DNA from: Arcobacteraceae bacterium
Lineage (GTDB): Bacteria; Campylobacterota; Campylobacteria; Campylobacterales; Arcobacteraceae
DNA length: 64,000 nucleotides
NCBI GenBank assembly: GCA_963662945.1
Contig: OY759974.1
Coordinates: 512,001 to 576,000, forward strand
Direction of reading: 5' to 3'
Positions 29,806 through 37,587 of the stretch are shown here, one piece after another. Position numbers and translations under genes: made by a program. Position 1 is the stretch's first letter; every line of letters begins with the position of its first letter. The notes beneath the pieces are model-generated. The model did no database searches. It was given only the letters and a program-made list of their open reading frames with translations, and was not told the origin of the DNA.

Positions 29806-32067
29806 ATGAGTGAAAAAAAAGATTTTTTACGTACCATTGTTGAAGTGGACTTAAAATCAAACAAATACAAAGAGGTCGTTACAAGATTTCCTCCTGAGCC
29901 TAACGGATTCCCACACATCGGACATGCTAAATCTATCAATATAAATTTTGGTATAGCTAGAGATTATAATGGTCATTGTAATCTTAGAATGGATGATACA
30001 AATCCTACTACAGAAGATACAAAGTATGTGGAAGCCCTTAAAGATGCTGTTGAATGGTTGGGATATGATTGGGGAAATACTGTATATTATACATCTGATT
30101 ATTTTCCAAAAATTTATGACTATGCTGTACAACTTATTAAAATGGGCAAAGCATATGTTGATAGTATCAATGAAGAAGAGATGAGAGAATATAGAGGAAC
30201 TGTGACAGAAGCTGGAAAACGTAGTATTTATGCAGAGCGTTCTATAGAAGAAAATCTAGACCTTTTTGAAAGAATGAAAAATGGTGAATTCAAAGATGGA
30301 GAACATGTATTAAGAGCCAAAATAGATATGAGTGCAGCAAATATGAAAATGAGAGACCCTCTTTTATACAGAATCAGACATGCACATCATTTTAGAACTG
30401 GTGATAAGTGGTGTATTTATCCTATGTATGACTTTGCACATTGTTTATCTGATTATATTGAAGGAATTTCTCACTCTATATGTACATTAGAGTTTGAAAA
30501 TAATAGAGATATTTATGATTGGGTACTTGATGAATTACATCTAACTCCTCCTAGACCTTATCAACATGAGTTTGCAAGACTTGGTATCAATTATACAGTT
30601 ATGAGTAAAAGGAAGCTTTTAGAACTTGTGAATGGGAACTATGTAAATGGTTGGGATGATCCAAGAATGCCTACAATTGCAGGATATAAAAGAAGAGGAT
30701 ACACTCCTGAATCTATTAATAACTTTTGTGCTCAAATAGGTATTGCAAAAGCAAACTCAATGGTTGATGTGTCTCAACTTGAATTTTGTATTAGAGATGA
30801 TTTAAATACTAAAGTACCACGTGTAATGTGTGTTTTAGACCCACTTAAAGTTACAATCGAAAATTATGAGGGAAGTGAAAATATTGATGCGTCATATTAT
30901 CCACACGATGTGCCAAAAGAGGGAAATAGACAAATACCATTTTCTAGTGAAGTTTACATAGAACGTGAAGACTTTAGTGAAAATCCTATTAAAGGATATA
31001 ATAGACTTACACCAGACCAATCAGTAAGACTTAGACATGCTTATATTATTACTTGTAAAGAAATTATCAAAGATAAAAATGGCAATATTATTGAGATAAA
31101 AGCAGAATATAACCCAAATTCAAAAAGTGGAAGTGATACAAGTGGAATAAAAGTAAAAAGTGCTATTCAATGGGTTGATGTAAAAACAGCAAAGACAATA
31201 GAAGTAAGACTCTACGATAGATTATATAAAAATGAAATGCCTGAAGGGCTTGAAGATTTAAATCCAGATTCATTAAAAATAATAAAAAATGCCTTAATTG
31301 AACCAGCTGTAATTACAGACAAACCAGACGAGAGATTTCAGTTTGAAAGACAAGGATATTTTTATGCTGATCCTGTAGATTATACTCCTCAAAATCCAGT
31401 ATTTAATAAAATTGTTGGACTTAAAGACTCATGGGCTAAAAAAACAAAAACAGATGATAAACCAAAAGAGTTCAGAAAATCTGTAGAGAAAAAAGTTCAA
31501 GTAGAAGGTGTTGTCTCACCTATGAATGAAAGTGAACAAAAATTATTTGATAAATATACAAATGAATTAAAACTTAATAGTGAAGTTGCAAATACTTTAG
31601 CTCGTGACGAAAAACTATCTTCATTTTATCAAGAGGCTTTAAGTAAAGTAAATAGTCCTGTATCATTGGCTAATCTTGTAGCAAATGAAGTAGCAAGAGA
31701 ATTAAAAGAAAAACAAATAACAGAGTTAAAATTTAGTGCATCTCAAATAGCCGCACTTATTAAAATGATAGACGATGAAACAATATCAACTAAAATAGCT
31801 AAACAAGTGTTTGAAGAGATGGTTCAAAATGGTGAAAATCCTATGCAAATAGTTGAATCTAAGGGACTCGTTCAAATAAGTAACCCAAGTGTAATTTTAC
31901 CTATTATTGATGAAGTTATTGAAAAAAATCCTGACAATGTTGCTAAATATAAAGCTGGAAATAATAAACTTTTTGGTTTCTTTGTAGGGCAAGTATTAAA
32001 AGCTACTGGTGGGAAAGCAAATCCTAAAGTAGTCAATGAACTCGTGGAACAAAAACTCCAATCGTAA
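29806..32067 (+). CDS. glnS: Glutaminyl-tRNA synthetase with C-terminal GatB/YqeY domain
   Basis: RFPPEPNG, HIGH, YPMYDFAH, VMSKRK, QFERQGYF; tail GFFVGQVLKATGGKANP. Confidence 0.96.
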   Translation: MSEKKDFLRTIVEVDLKSNKYKEVVTRFPPEPNGFPHIGHAKSININFGIARDYNGHCNLRMDDTNPTTEDTKYVEALKDAVEWLGYDWGNTVYYTSDYFPKIYDYAVQLIKMGKAYVDSINEEEMREYRGTVTEAGKRSIYAERSIEENLDLFERMKNGEFKDGEHVLRAKIDMSAANMKMRDPLLYRIRHAHHFRTGDKWCIYPMYDFAHCLSDYIEGISHSICTLEFENNRDIYDWVLDELHLTPPRPYQHEFARLGINYTVMSKRKLLELVNGNYVNGWDDPRMPTIAGYKRRGYTPESINNFCAQIGIAKANSMVDVSQLEFCIRDDLNTKVPRVMCVLDPLKVTIENYEGSENIDASYYPHDVPKEGNRQIPFSSEVYIEREDFSENPIKGYNRLTPDQSVRLRHAYIITCKEIIKDKNGNIIEIKAEYNPNSKSGSDTSGIKVKSAIQWVDVKTAKTIEVRLYDRLYKNEMPEGLEDLNPDSLKIIKNALIEPAVITDKPDERFQFERQGYFYADPVDYTPQNPVFNKIVGLKDSWAKKTKTDDKPKEFRKSVEKKVQVEGVVSPMNESEQKLFDKYTNELKLNSEVANTLARDEKLSSFYQEALSKVNSPVSLANLVANEVARELKEKQITELKFSASQIAALIKMIDDETISTKIAKQVFEEMVQNGENPMQIVESKGLVQISNPSVILPIIDEVIEKNPDNVAKYKAGNNKLFGFFVGQVLKATGGKANPKVVNELVEQKLQS

Positions 32068-32079
32068 ACTCTTCAAAAA

Positions 32080-32107
32080 ATAAAGTGAAGTTAGAACTTC
32101 ACTTTAT
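32080..32107. terminator. Bidirectional hairpin between convergent glnS and thrC
   Basis: Perfect 13-bp inverted repeat ATAAAGTGAAGTT-AG-AACTTCACTTTAT. Confidence 0.7.
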
Positions 32108-33582
32108 CTTAAAAATCCTATAATCTTTTTTTCTAAGTCTTTAATATTAATCACTGTATCATGTATAATCGGACTACTAAATAGTTCTTTTATTTGTTTA
32201 GGAATTTTTAAATTTAATTTTTTAGAGATAGATTCTAATGCTTCTTTATCACTATATTTTTGATTATCTTCATTTAAAGCATTTAAAACTGTTGGTGAGA
32301 ACTTTGTCCACTCTGCTGTTGAGTATATCACTGTTTTAAGATTTTTATTCTCTCGTAACTCTTCATACCCTTTGATACAAGTTGCAGTATGTGGATCCAT
32401 TAAATACCCCTCATCAGCAAATGTTTTAATAGTTGTTAATCCATAAGCATCATCACTAAATGTAGCACTAAAATATTTTTGTAATGCTTCTAATTCAACT
32501 TTTGTATGTTCAAAATGCCCTTTTGTATTCAAGTCTTCCATAAGTTCTCTTGTTCTTATGGCACCACAAATATCATAGATAACTCTCTCTATATTTGATG
32601 ATTTTAAAATATCCATTGCAGGAGATTTTGTAAGTTTTAGGCGTTTCCCTCTTATATCATAGATACCCAATGTTAACCATTGTGTTAAGATATTATTTTC
32701 ATTTGAAGATACAAGAAGTTTTTCAACTGGTAGTCCCATCTTTTGTGCATAATAAGCACCTAGAACATTTCCAAAGTTTCCACTTGGTACATTGATATAA
32801 ATCTTTTCTCCAAATGTTATCTCTTTTTGTCGTAAGAGTTCTAAATAACTTTGGAAGTGATATACTATTTGAAATATAATTCTTCCAAAGTTTACACTAT
32901 TTGCAGCACTTAAACTTATACCATCTTTTTTTAACTCATTTTTAAATGATTGTGAACCAAGTAGATTTTTAAGGGCATTTTGTGCATCATCAAAGTTTCC
33001 ATTGATACCTAATACTTTTAGATTTTCTCCATTTTCTGTAATCATTTGAAGTTTTTGAACATCTGAAGTTCCACCATTTGGATAGAGACAAACAACTTTT
33101 ATACCCTCTTTGTTTTTAAAAGTATTGAGTGCTGCTGGTCCTGTATCTCCAGAAGTTGCTGCTAAAATAAGATACTCTTCCCCTCTTTTTTTAGCGATAC
33201 TACTTAAGATATATCCAAAAGGTTGTAGTGCCATATCTTTAAATGCACGAGTTGGTCCATGGTATTGTTCATTTACAAACAAATCATCTTTTATTTTTAC
33301 CACTGGCGATGGATTTTTACTATCATCAAAGTTATCATATAGTGCCAATGCTTCATTGATAGTTGCATCATCAATATCAATTTTAAAAGCTTTTAAAATA
33401 TCATATGCCAACTCTTTATAGCTTGTATTAAGATGTTTTGTTAAAAACTCTTCCCCTAAAACAGGTATTTGTGTAGGTACATAAAGTCCTCCAAAAGATG
33501 AACTTGGATTTAAAATCGCATCTGAAAACTCAACTTCTTTTGGTTTTACACCATCATTTCCTCTAGTTTCTATAAAACTCAT
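32104..33582 (-). CDS. thrC: Threonine synthase
   Basis: HGPTRAFKD PLP lysine, ATSGDTG, NSVNFGRI, PSGNFGN, DPHTA. Confidence 0.96.
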   Translation of the reverse strand: MSFIETRGNDGVKPKEVEFSDAILNPSSSFGGLYVPTQIPVLGEEFLTKHLNTSYKELAYDILKAFKIDIDDATINEALALYDNFDDSKNPSPVVKIKDDLFVNEQYHGPTRAFKDMALQPFGYILSSIAKKRGEEYLILAATSGDTGPAALNTFKNKEGIKVVCLYPNGGTSDVQKLQMITENGENLKVLGINGNFDDAQNALKNLLGSQSFKNELKKDGISLSAANSVNFGRIIFQIVYHFQSYLELLRQKEITFGEKIYINVPSGNFGNVLGAYYAQKMGLPVEKLLVSSNENNILTQWLTLGIYDIRGKRLKLTKSPAMDILKSSNIERVIYDICGAIRTRELMEDLNTKGHFEHTKVELEALQKYFSATFSDDAYGLTTIKTFADEGYLMDPHTATCIKGYEELRENKNLKTVIYSTAEWTKFSPTVLNALNEDNQKYSDKEALESISKKLNLKIPKQIKELFSSPIIHDTVINIKDLEKKIIGFLR

Positions 33583-33681
33583 AGATAAAATTCCTTCATA
33601 TTATATTTCGCGATTATATCAAAAATATGGTTAAATGGTTTTAAATTGTGGATTTACATTATTTTATTTATATTATAATGA

Positions 33682-34644
33682 TTAAAAATCCAATGGTGAT
33701 TTTATATCGCCTTTATTTAACTCCTTAACAACATGTGTATATATCATCGTAGTTTCGATAGATTTATGTCCTAATAACTCTTGTATGCTTCTTATATCTG
33801 TGCCATTCTGTAATAAATGTGTGGCATAAGAGTGTCTAAATATATGAGCTGTTACTCTTTTGTCTATATTAGATTTTGTAACTGCATTTTTTATATTTCT
33901 ACTTAATGTTACATCTAAAATATGATGCCGTCTTTGTTCACCACTTCGTGGATCTGTTGAAATTTTATCCATAGGAAAAATATACTGCCACTTTGTTTCA
34001 TATTTAGCATTTTTAAATTTACGCTCCAATGCATAAGGAATATAAACACTTCCAAATCCATCTTCTAAATCCTTTGTATGTAGTTCTTTTACTTTTTGTA
34101 CTTGTATTCTCAATTCATCCTTTATTTTTATAGGCAAAGGTAAAGTCCTATCTTTTAAAGATTTGCTATCCCAAATATAAATTTTATCGTATCCAAAGTC
34201 GATATCCTTAACCCTAATATTCTGAACTTCACTCATGCGAAGTCCGCATCCGTACATCAGTTTTACAATAAGTTGATAAATACCTTTCATATTTAGAATG
34301 ATATTTTTAACTTCATCTATAGTAAGCACTACAGGAATATGTTTCCTCTCTTGAGCTCTTAAAGCTTTAATATTTTCATTTTTTAATGATATATTCAAAA
34401 CTTGTTCGTAAAGAAAAACAATAGAATAAAAAGCTTGGTTTTGTGTAGTTGGGGATACATTTTGATTTTTTGCTAGATAGGTTAAATACTCTTCAATCTC
34501 TTTTTTACCCATAGTATTAGGATGTCGTTTATTATGAAACAAAATATATTTTTTTGCCCAATAAATATATACATTTTCTGTTTTTATACTATAGTGCTTT
34601 ACTCTTATTTTGTCCCTCATTATATCAAGTAATTTTTTTCCCAT
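33682..34644 (-). CDS. intI: Integron integrase (tyrosine recombinase, IntI)
   Basis: [25 protein letters not shown] plus IntI-specific insertion ALERK...WQYIFP...DPRSG..RRHH; start MGKK after AGGAG RBS. Confidence 0.96.
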   Translation of the reverse strand: MGKKLLDIMRDKIRVKHYSIKTENVYIYWAKKYILFHNKRHPNTMGKKEIEEYLTYLAKNQNVSPTTQNQAFYSIVFLYEQVLNISLKNENIKALRAQERKHIPVVLTIDEVKNIILNMKGIYQLIVKLMYGCGLRMSEVQNIRVKDIDFGYDKIYIWDSKSLKDRTLPLPIKIKDELRIQVQKVKELHTKDLEDGFGSVYIPYALERKFKNAKYETKWQYIFPMDKISTDPRSGEQRRHHILDVTLSRNIKNAVTKSNIDKRVTAHIFRHSYATHLLQNGTDIRSIQELLGHKSIETTMIYTHVVKELNKGDIKSPLDF

Positions 34645-34773
34645 AACAACTCCTAAATTATAAAAATGTTGTTTAAAGTTAAGATTTTCACTTTTAACAT
34701 ACATTTTGTACATTAAAGTTCTAAATTTCAATATAAAATAAACATAAAACTATAACAAAAATAATAATCTATG

Positions 34774-34806
34774 GTAAAAAATATTGCATTTTGTAATATT
34801 TTTTAC
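34774..34806. promoter_or_regulatory. 15-bp imperfect inverted repeat in the intI-attI intergenic region
   Basis: GTAAAAAATATTGCA-TTT-TGTAATATTTTTTAC. Confidence 0.45.
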
Positions 34807-34854
34807 AAAAAAACCTAAAATAAGCTCTTCGTATCAATATATTAAACGAGTGAA

Positions 34855-34877
34855 TTTAAGTACTTTATTTATATAAT
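34855..34877 (+). promoter_or_regulatory. Candidate cassette promoter Pc
   Basis: TATAAT at 34872-34877 with TTTAAG upstream, just before attI. Confidence 0.4.
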
Positions 34878-34881
34878 GTAT

Positions 34882-34900
34882 ATTCAATAAATAGTTAGCT
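34882..34900 (+). mobile_element. attI site (L box ATTCAAT, 5-nt spacer, R box GTTAGCT)
   Basis: GTTAGCT is the exact complement of AGCTAAC, which opens attC1. Confidence 0.8.
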
Positions 34901-34912
34901 TAAAGGAGTATC

Positions 34913-35542
34913 ATGCAAGATAGTATTATAGCAGGTTTAATTTCAGGTCTAATTGTAACGTTATTTATAATTATATTTAAATCATTATGGGATAAAATTA
35001 TAATTCCTTGGTTTGAAGAAAGAATTTATAAAGATGCTTACATTGAAGGCACATGGTATAGTTTACATCCTGATGAAGCTTATTTTAGACAAGAAATTTT
35101 TGCACTAAAAAGAACAGGTCATAATATTATTGGTACAATGGTTTGTGTTGAAGGTGAAGATAAGGGTGAAGAATATACTGTTGAAGGAAGTTTTAGAAAT
35201 ATGATATTACCTCTAATTTATGAAAGTTCGGATACTTCAAAAACAGATAGAGGAAGTATTACATTAAAAGCCATAAGAAATGGTGAAGTATTAAGAGGAA
35301 AAATTTCTTTATATAATAATGGAAATGATGATATTACTTCAGCTACAATTATTTTGTTTAAAAATAAAGATGAATTAGAAAAAACAGTAAAGCATATCAA
35401 ACAACAAAAAGAAAAAATATTAAAAATGAGATTAGAAAAACAAAAACTTGAAAAGAATTTAAAAGAAGTGGAAGCATTACCTGAGGAAGCTAACAAAACA
35501 TTGGAAGAAGAACGAGTGACCCCTACGACTGATAAAGCTTAA
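34913..35542 (+). CDS. Integron cassette 1: N-terminal TM, beta-rich domain, coiled-coil tail
   Basis: AAGGAG RBS right after attI; ORF runs 55 nt into attC1. Confidence 0.85.
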   Translation: MQDSIIAGLISGLIVTLFIIIFKSLWDKIIIPWFEERIYKDAYIEGTWYSLHPDEAYFRQEIFALKRTGHNIIGTMVCVEGEDKGEEYTVEGSFRNMILPLIYESSDTSKTDRGSITLKAIRNGEVLRGKISLYNNGNDDITSATIILFKNKDELEKTVKHIKQQKEKILKMRLEKQKLEKNLKEVEALPEEANKTLEEERVTPTTDKA

Positions 35543-35624
35543 ATTAGCTTTTATGTAGTGGTTATAAAAAGAAGTTAGTAAATATTTTGAGAGGGGTCAT
35601 CGTCCTTCAATTTAGGCGTTATAC
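35488..35624 (+). mobile_element. attC site 1 (137 bp)
   Basis: R'' AGCTAAC-AAAAC-L'' ATTGGAAG ... TGACCCCT/AGGGGTCA stem ... L' CTTCAAT-TTAGGC-R' GTTATAC; extra G in L''. Confidence 0.9.
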
Positions 35625-35654
35625 AGGTGAAGCAACCAATCAAGGAGAGCATTA

Positions 35655-36539
35655 GTGAAAAAAATATCCACAATATTAGTTTTGTTAGCGGTCATAACAT
35701 TTACAAGTATAGCAATAGCAGAAGACAACAAGTCGACTTTAACAATCAAGAAGAATATGCAAATGGAGAAGCTTCAAAAAATAGCAAAGGAACCTTCTAA
35801 TCATAATTTATATAAATTACTTTACGAAAATTCATCTAGCTCAAATGATAGGATAATTTCCACTATACAATGGTCCATCGGGATAATATCAACTTTTGTA
35901 ATAGTTTTACTTGGTAGTCAAATTTTCTTTAACTATCGGGTAAATAAAGAAGAAATCAGAGCAATTAGAAGTGAATTAGAAGAAAGTTTTTCTGATTTAA
36001 GAGCTAATGCATTGGATGCCTCAAGCAAAGAAAGAAAAGAAATAATTAATAAGATTGATGACAAACTTGCAAAGGCAGAACAAAGTTATAAAGAAAGTAT
36101 ATCAAGTCATTACGCTGAACATGGTAGATACATTGATACAAAACTAGAGTCATTTGATAAGGATTTAATTAGATTAAAAGATACATTAAAAGTAGACATT
36201 AGTTATTTATCAATTGATTTAAAAAGATTAGAGGGTGAGGTATGGAAGCTAAAGGGTGTTCACGCAAATGCACTTAAGGATTTTATAAGTACTGTAGAGC
36301 TAGAAATTGAAAATGGTATCTCTCCAAAATATTCGTTAGATCATACAATAGAAACTCTTCAAAATGTCGAAAAAATTAGTAAGGATGATCGTATTGCACT
36401 AGAAGAGATGATAAAAAAAGTACCCAAAGAATATGATGCTAAAGTATCAAAGATTAAAGAACTATATTTATCCTTACCTCAATATATTTATGCTGAGGAT
36501 CCTCAAAGACCAGGTTATTTAAAAACAGTAGATCTTTAG
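35655..36539 (+). CDS. Integron cassette 2: signal peptide, TM, helical/coiled-coil protein of unknown function
   Basis: AAGGAG RBS, GTG start, bounded by GTTATAC and GTATAAC core sites. Confidence 0.85.
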   Translation: MKKISTILVLLAVITFTSIAIAEDNKSTLTIKKNMQMEKLQKIAKEPSNHNLYKLLYENSSSSNDRIISTIQWSIGIISTFVIVLLGSQIFFNYRVNKEEIRAIRSELEESFSDLRANALDASSKERKEIINKIDDKLAKAEQSYKESISSHYAEHGRYIDTKLESFDKDLIRLKDTLKVDISYLSIDLKRLEGEVWKLKGVHANALKDFISTVELEIENGISPKYSLDHTIETLQNVEKISKDDRIALEEMIKKVPKEYDAKVSKIKELYLSLPQYIYAEDPQRPGYLKTVDL

Positions 36540-36550
36540 TACGGGAACAT

Positions 36551-36618
36551 GTATAACAAAACCTTGGAGAGAAATATTTGACCCTGCGGCTCAATATTTC
36601 TCAACTTAAACGTTAGAC
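36551..36618 (+). mobile_element. attC site 2 (68 bp)
   Basis: R'' GTATAAC-AAAAC-CTTGGAGA-GAAATATTTGA...TCAATATTTCTCAAC-TTAAAC-R' GTTAGAC. Confidence 0.9.
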
Positions 36619-36630
36619 TAGGAGGAGTAA

Positions 36631-37146
36631 ATGAAACAAATTTACAAAAAAATTATAGTAAGTGTATTGGTGATATTATTTTTTGCAGGTTGTTCAAAAA
36701 TTGATTTTCAAACATACAAACAAAATCCAACCATGCAAAATAGTACATCTATAGTTCTATTAGGAATTAAAGGAAATAGAGCAGTTAATTATCTACAATT
36801 TATGAGTAATAGCAAATTTCCACCTGCATTTAATTACAGAGGACTTAATATACATAATGACATTATTGCCCTTAGAGTTCCTACACCACAAGAAAACTAT
36901 TATTTGGGTGTTTTCACTACGGGAAAAGCAGGCTATCTTACTTATGGTAATATGTATTCTTCATATGGATATATTAGTGCTAAGTCAAAAGGAATAAATA
37001 TTGAGAAAAATGGAATATATTTTTACGGTATATTAAATACAGATAATGCAACAATTGATCAGACAATAAATGAAGAATTTTTAAATATTGCAAAACAAAA
37101 ATATAAGAATATATTCAAAAATTTAAAACCTATTAACTTTAAATAG
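36631..37146 (+). CDS. Integron cassette 3: putative lipoprotein
   Basis: GGAGG RBS, lipobox FFAGC. Confidence 0.85.
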   Translation: MKQIYKKIIVSVLVILFFAGCSKIDFQTYKQNPTMQNSTSIVLLGIKGNRAVNYLQFMSNSKFPPAFNYRGLNIHNDIIALRVPTPQENYYLGVFTTGKAGYLTYGNMYSSYGYISAKSKGINIEKNGIYFYGILNTDNATIDQTINEEFLNIAKQKYKNIFKNLKPINFK

Positions 37147-37154
37147 TAATTAAA

Positions 37155-37196
37155 GACTAACAAAACGTTGGAAAAAAAACAATGTACTCAGGGCAT
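37155..37196 (+). mobile_element. Truncated attC site 3 (left arm only)
   Basis: GACTAAC-AAAAC-GTTGGAAA matches the left arms of attC1/2; no L'/R' partner follows. Confidence 0.7.
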
Positions 37197-37234
37197 CTAA
37201 GACAAATCTAGCTAAACTATTTTAGTAAGTTTTC

Positions 37235-37267
37235 CTCGTTTCACCTCTCCTGAGGTGAAATGCATGT
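37235..37267 (+). repeat. REP-like palindromic element, copy A
   Basis: CTCGTTTCACCTCTCCTGAGGTGAAATGCATGT; internal stem TTTCACCTC/GAGGTGAAA. Confidence 0.75.
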
Positions 37268-37405
37268 CATTAGCCAATCTCGACTAAAATATCCAAATAG
37301 AAAGAGCAAGATATCTTGTAACTATAGTCTCTGTAAAAAAATAGATAAACTAAATCATCCACACTTACAATACTGCATTCACTACAAGTATTTATAAATA
37401 AAGTT

Positions 37406-37448
37406 TGTAGAAGTTAAGAGATTTCAGTAATCTATTTTAACTTCTACA
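37406..37448. repeat. Hairpin adjoining REP copy B
   Basis: TGTAGAAGTTAA...TTAACTTCTACA perfect 12-bp stem with inner AGATT/AATCT. Confidence 0.7.
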
Positions 37449-37478
37449 TTCATTCCACCTCAGGAGAGGTGGAACAAG
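37446..37478 (-). repeat. REP-like palindromic element, copy B (inverted)
   Basis: Reverse complement CTTGTTCCACCTCTCCTGAGGTGGAATGAATGT, 29/33 identical to copy A. Confidence 0.75.
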
Positions 37479-37587
37479 AGAGTTATCTAACAAAACAAAC
37501 AATTAAAATTGCAAATTGCCATATTTTTTAATCACTCTTTATTTTTTTGATATTATCTCTTTATAAAATCAAAAAAGAGAGGTTGTT

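Noticed and set aside
34645-34731. Extended IntI N-terminus in the ORF track
   Set aside because: AGGAG RBS precedes ATG 34644, giving a typical ~320-aa IntI; the upstream start lacks an RBS
34645-34890. LexA/SOS box at the intI promoter
   Set aside because: No CTGT-N8-ACAG or GAAC-N4-GTTC match seen
37186-37205. IS terminal repeat (CAGGGC...) at the attC3 break
   Set aside because: No matching second end, target duplication or transposase found in the window
37235-37478. Possible CRISPR array from the palindromic ~33-bp repeats
   Set aside because: Only two copies, in inverted rather than direct orientation, ~180 bp apart, and no cas genes
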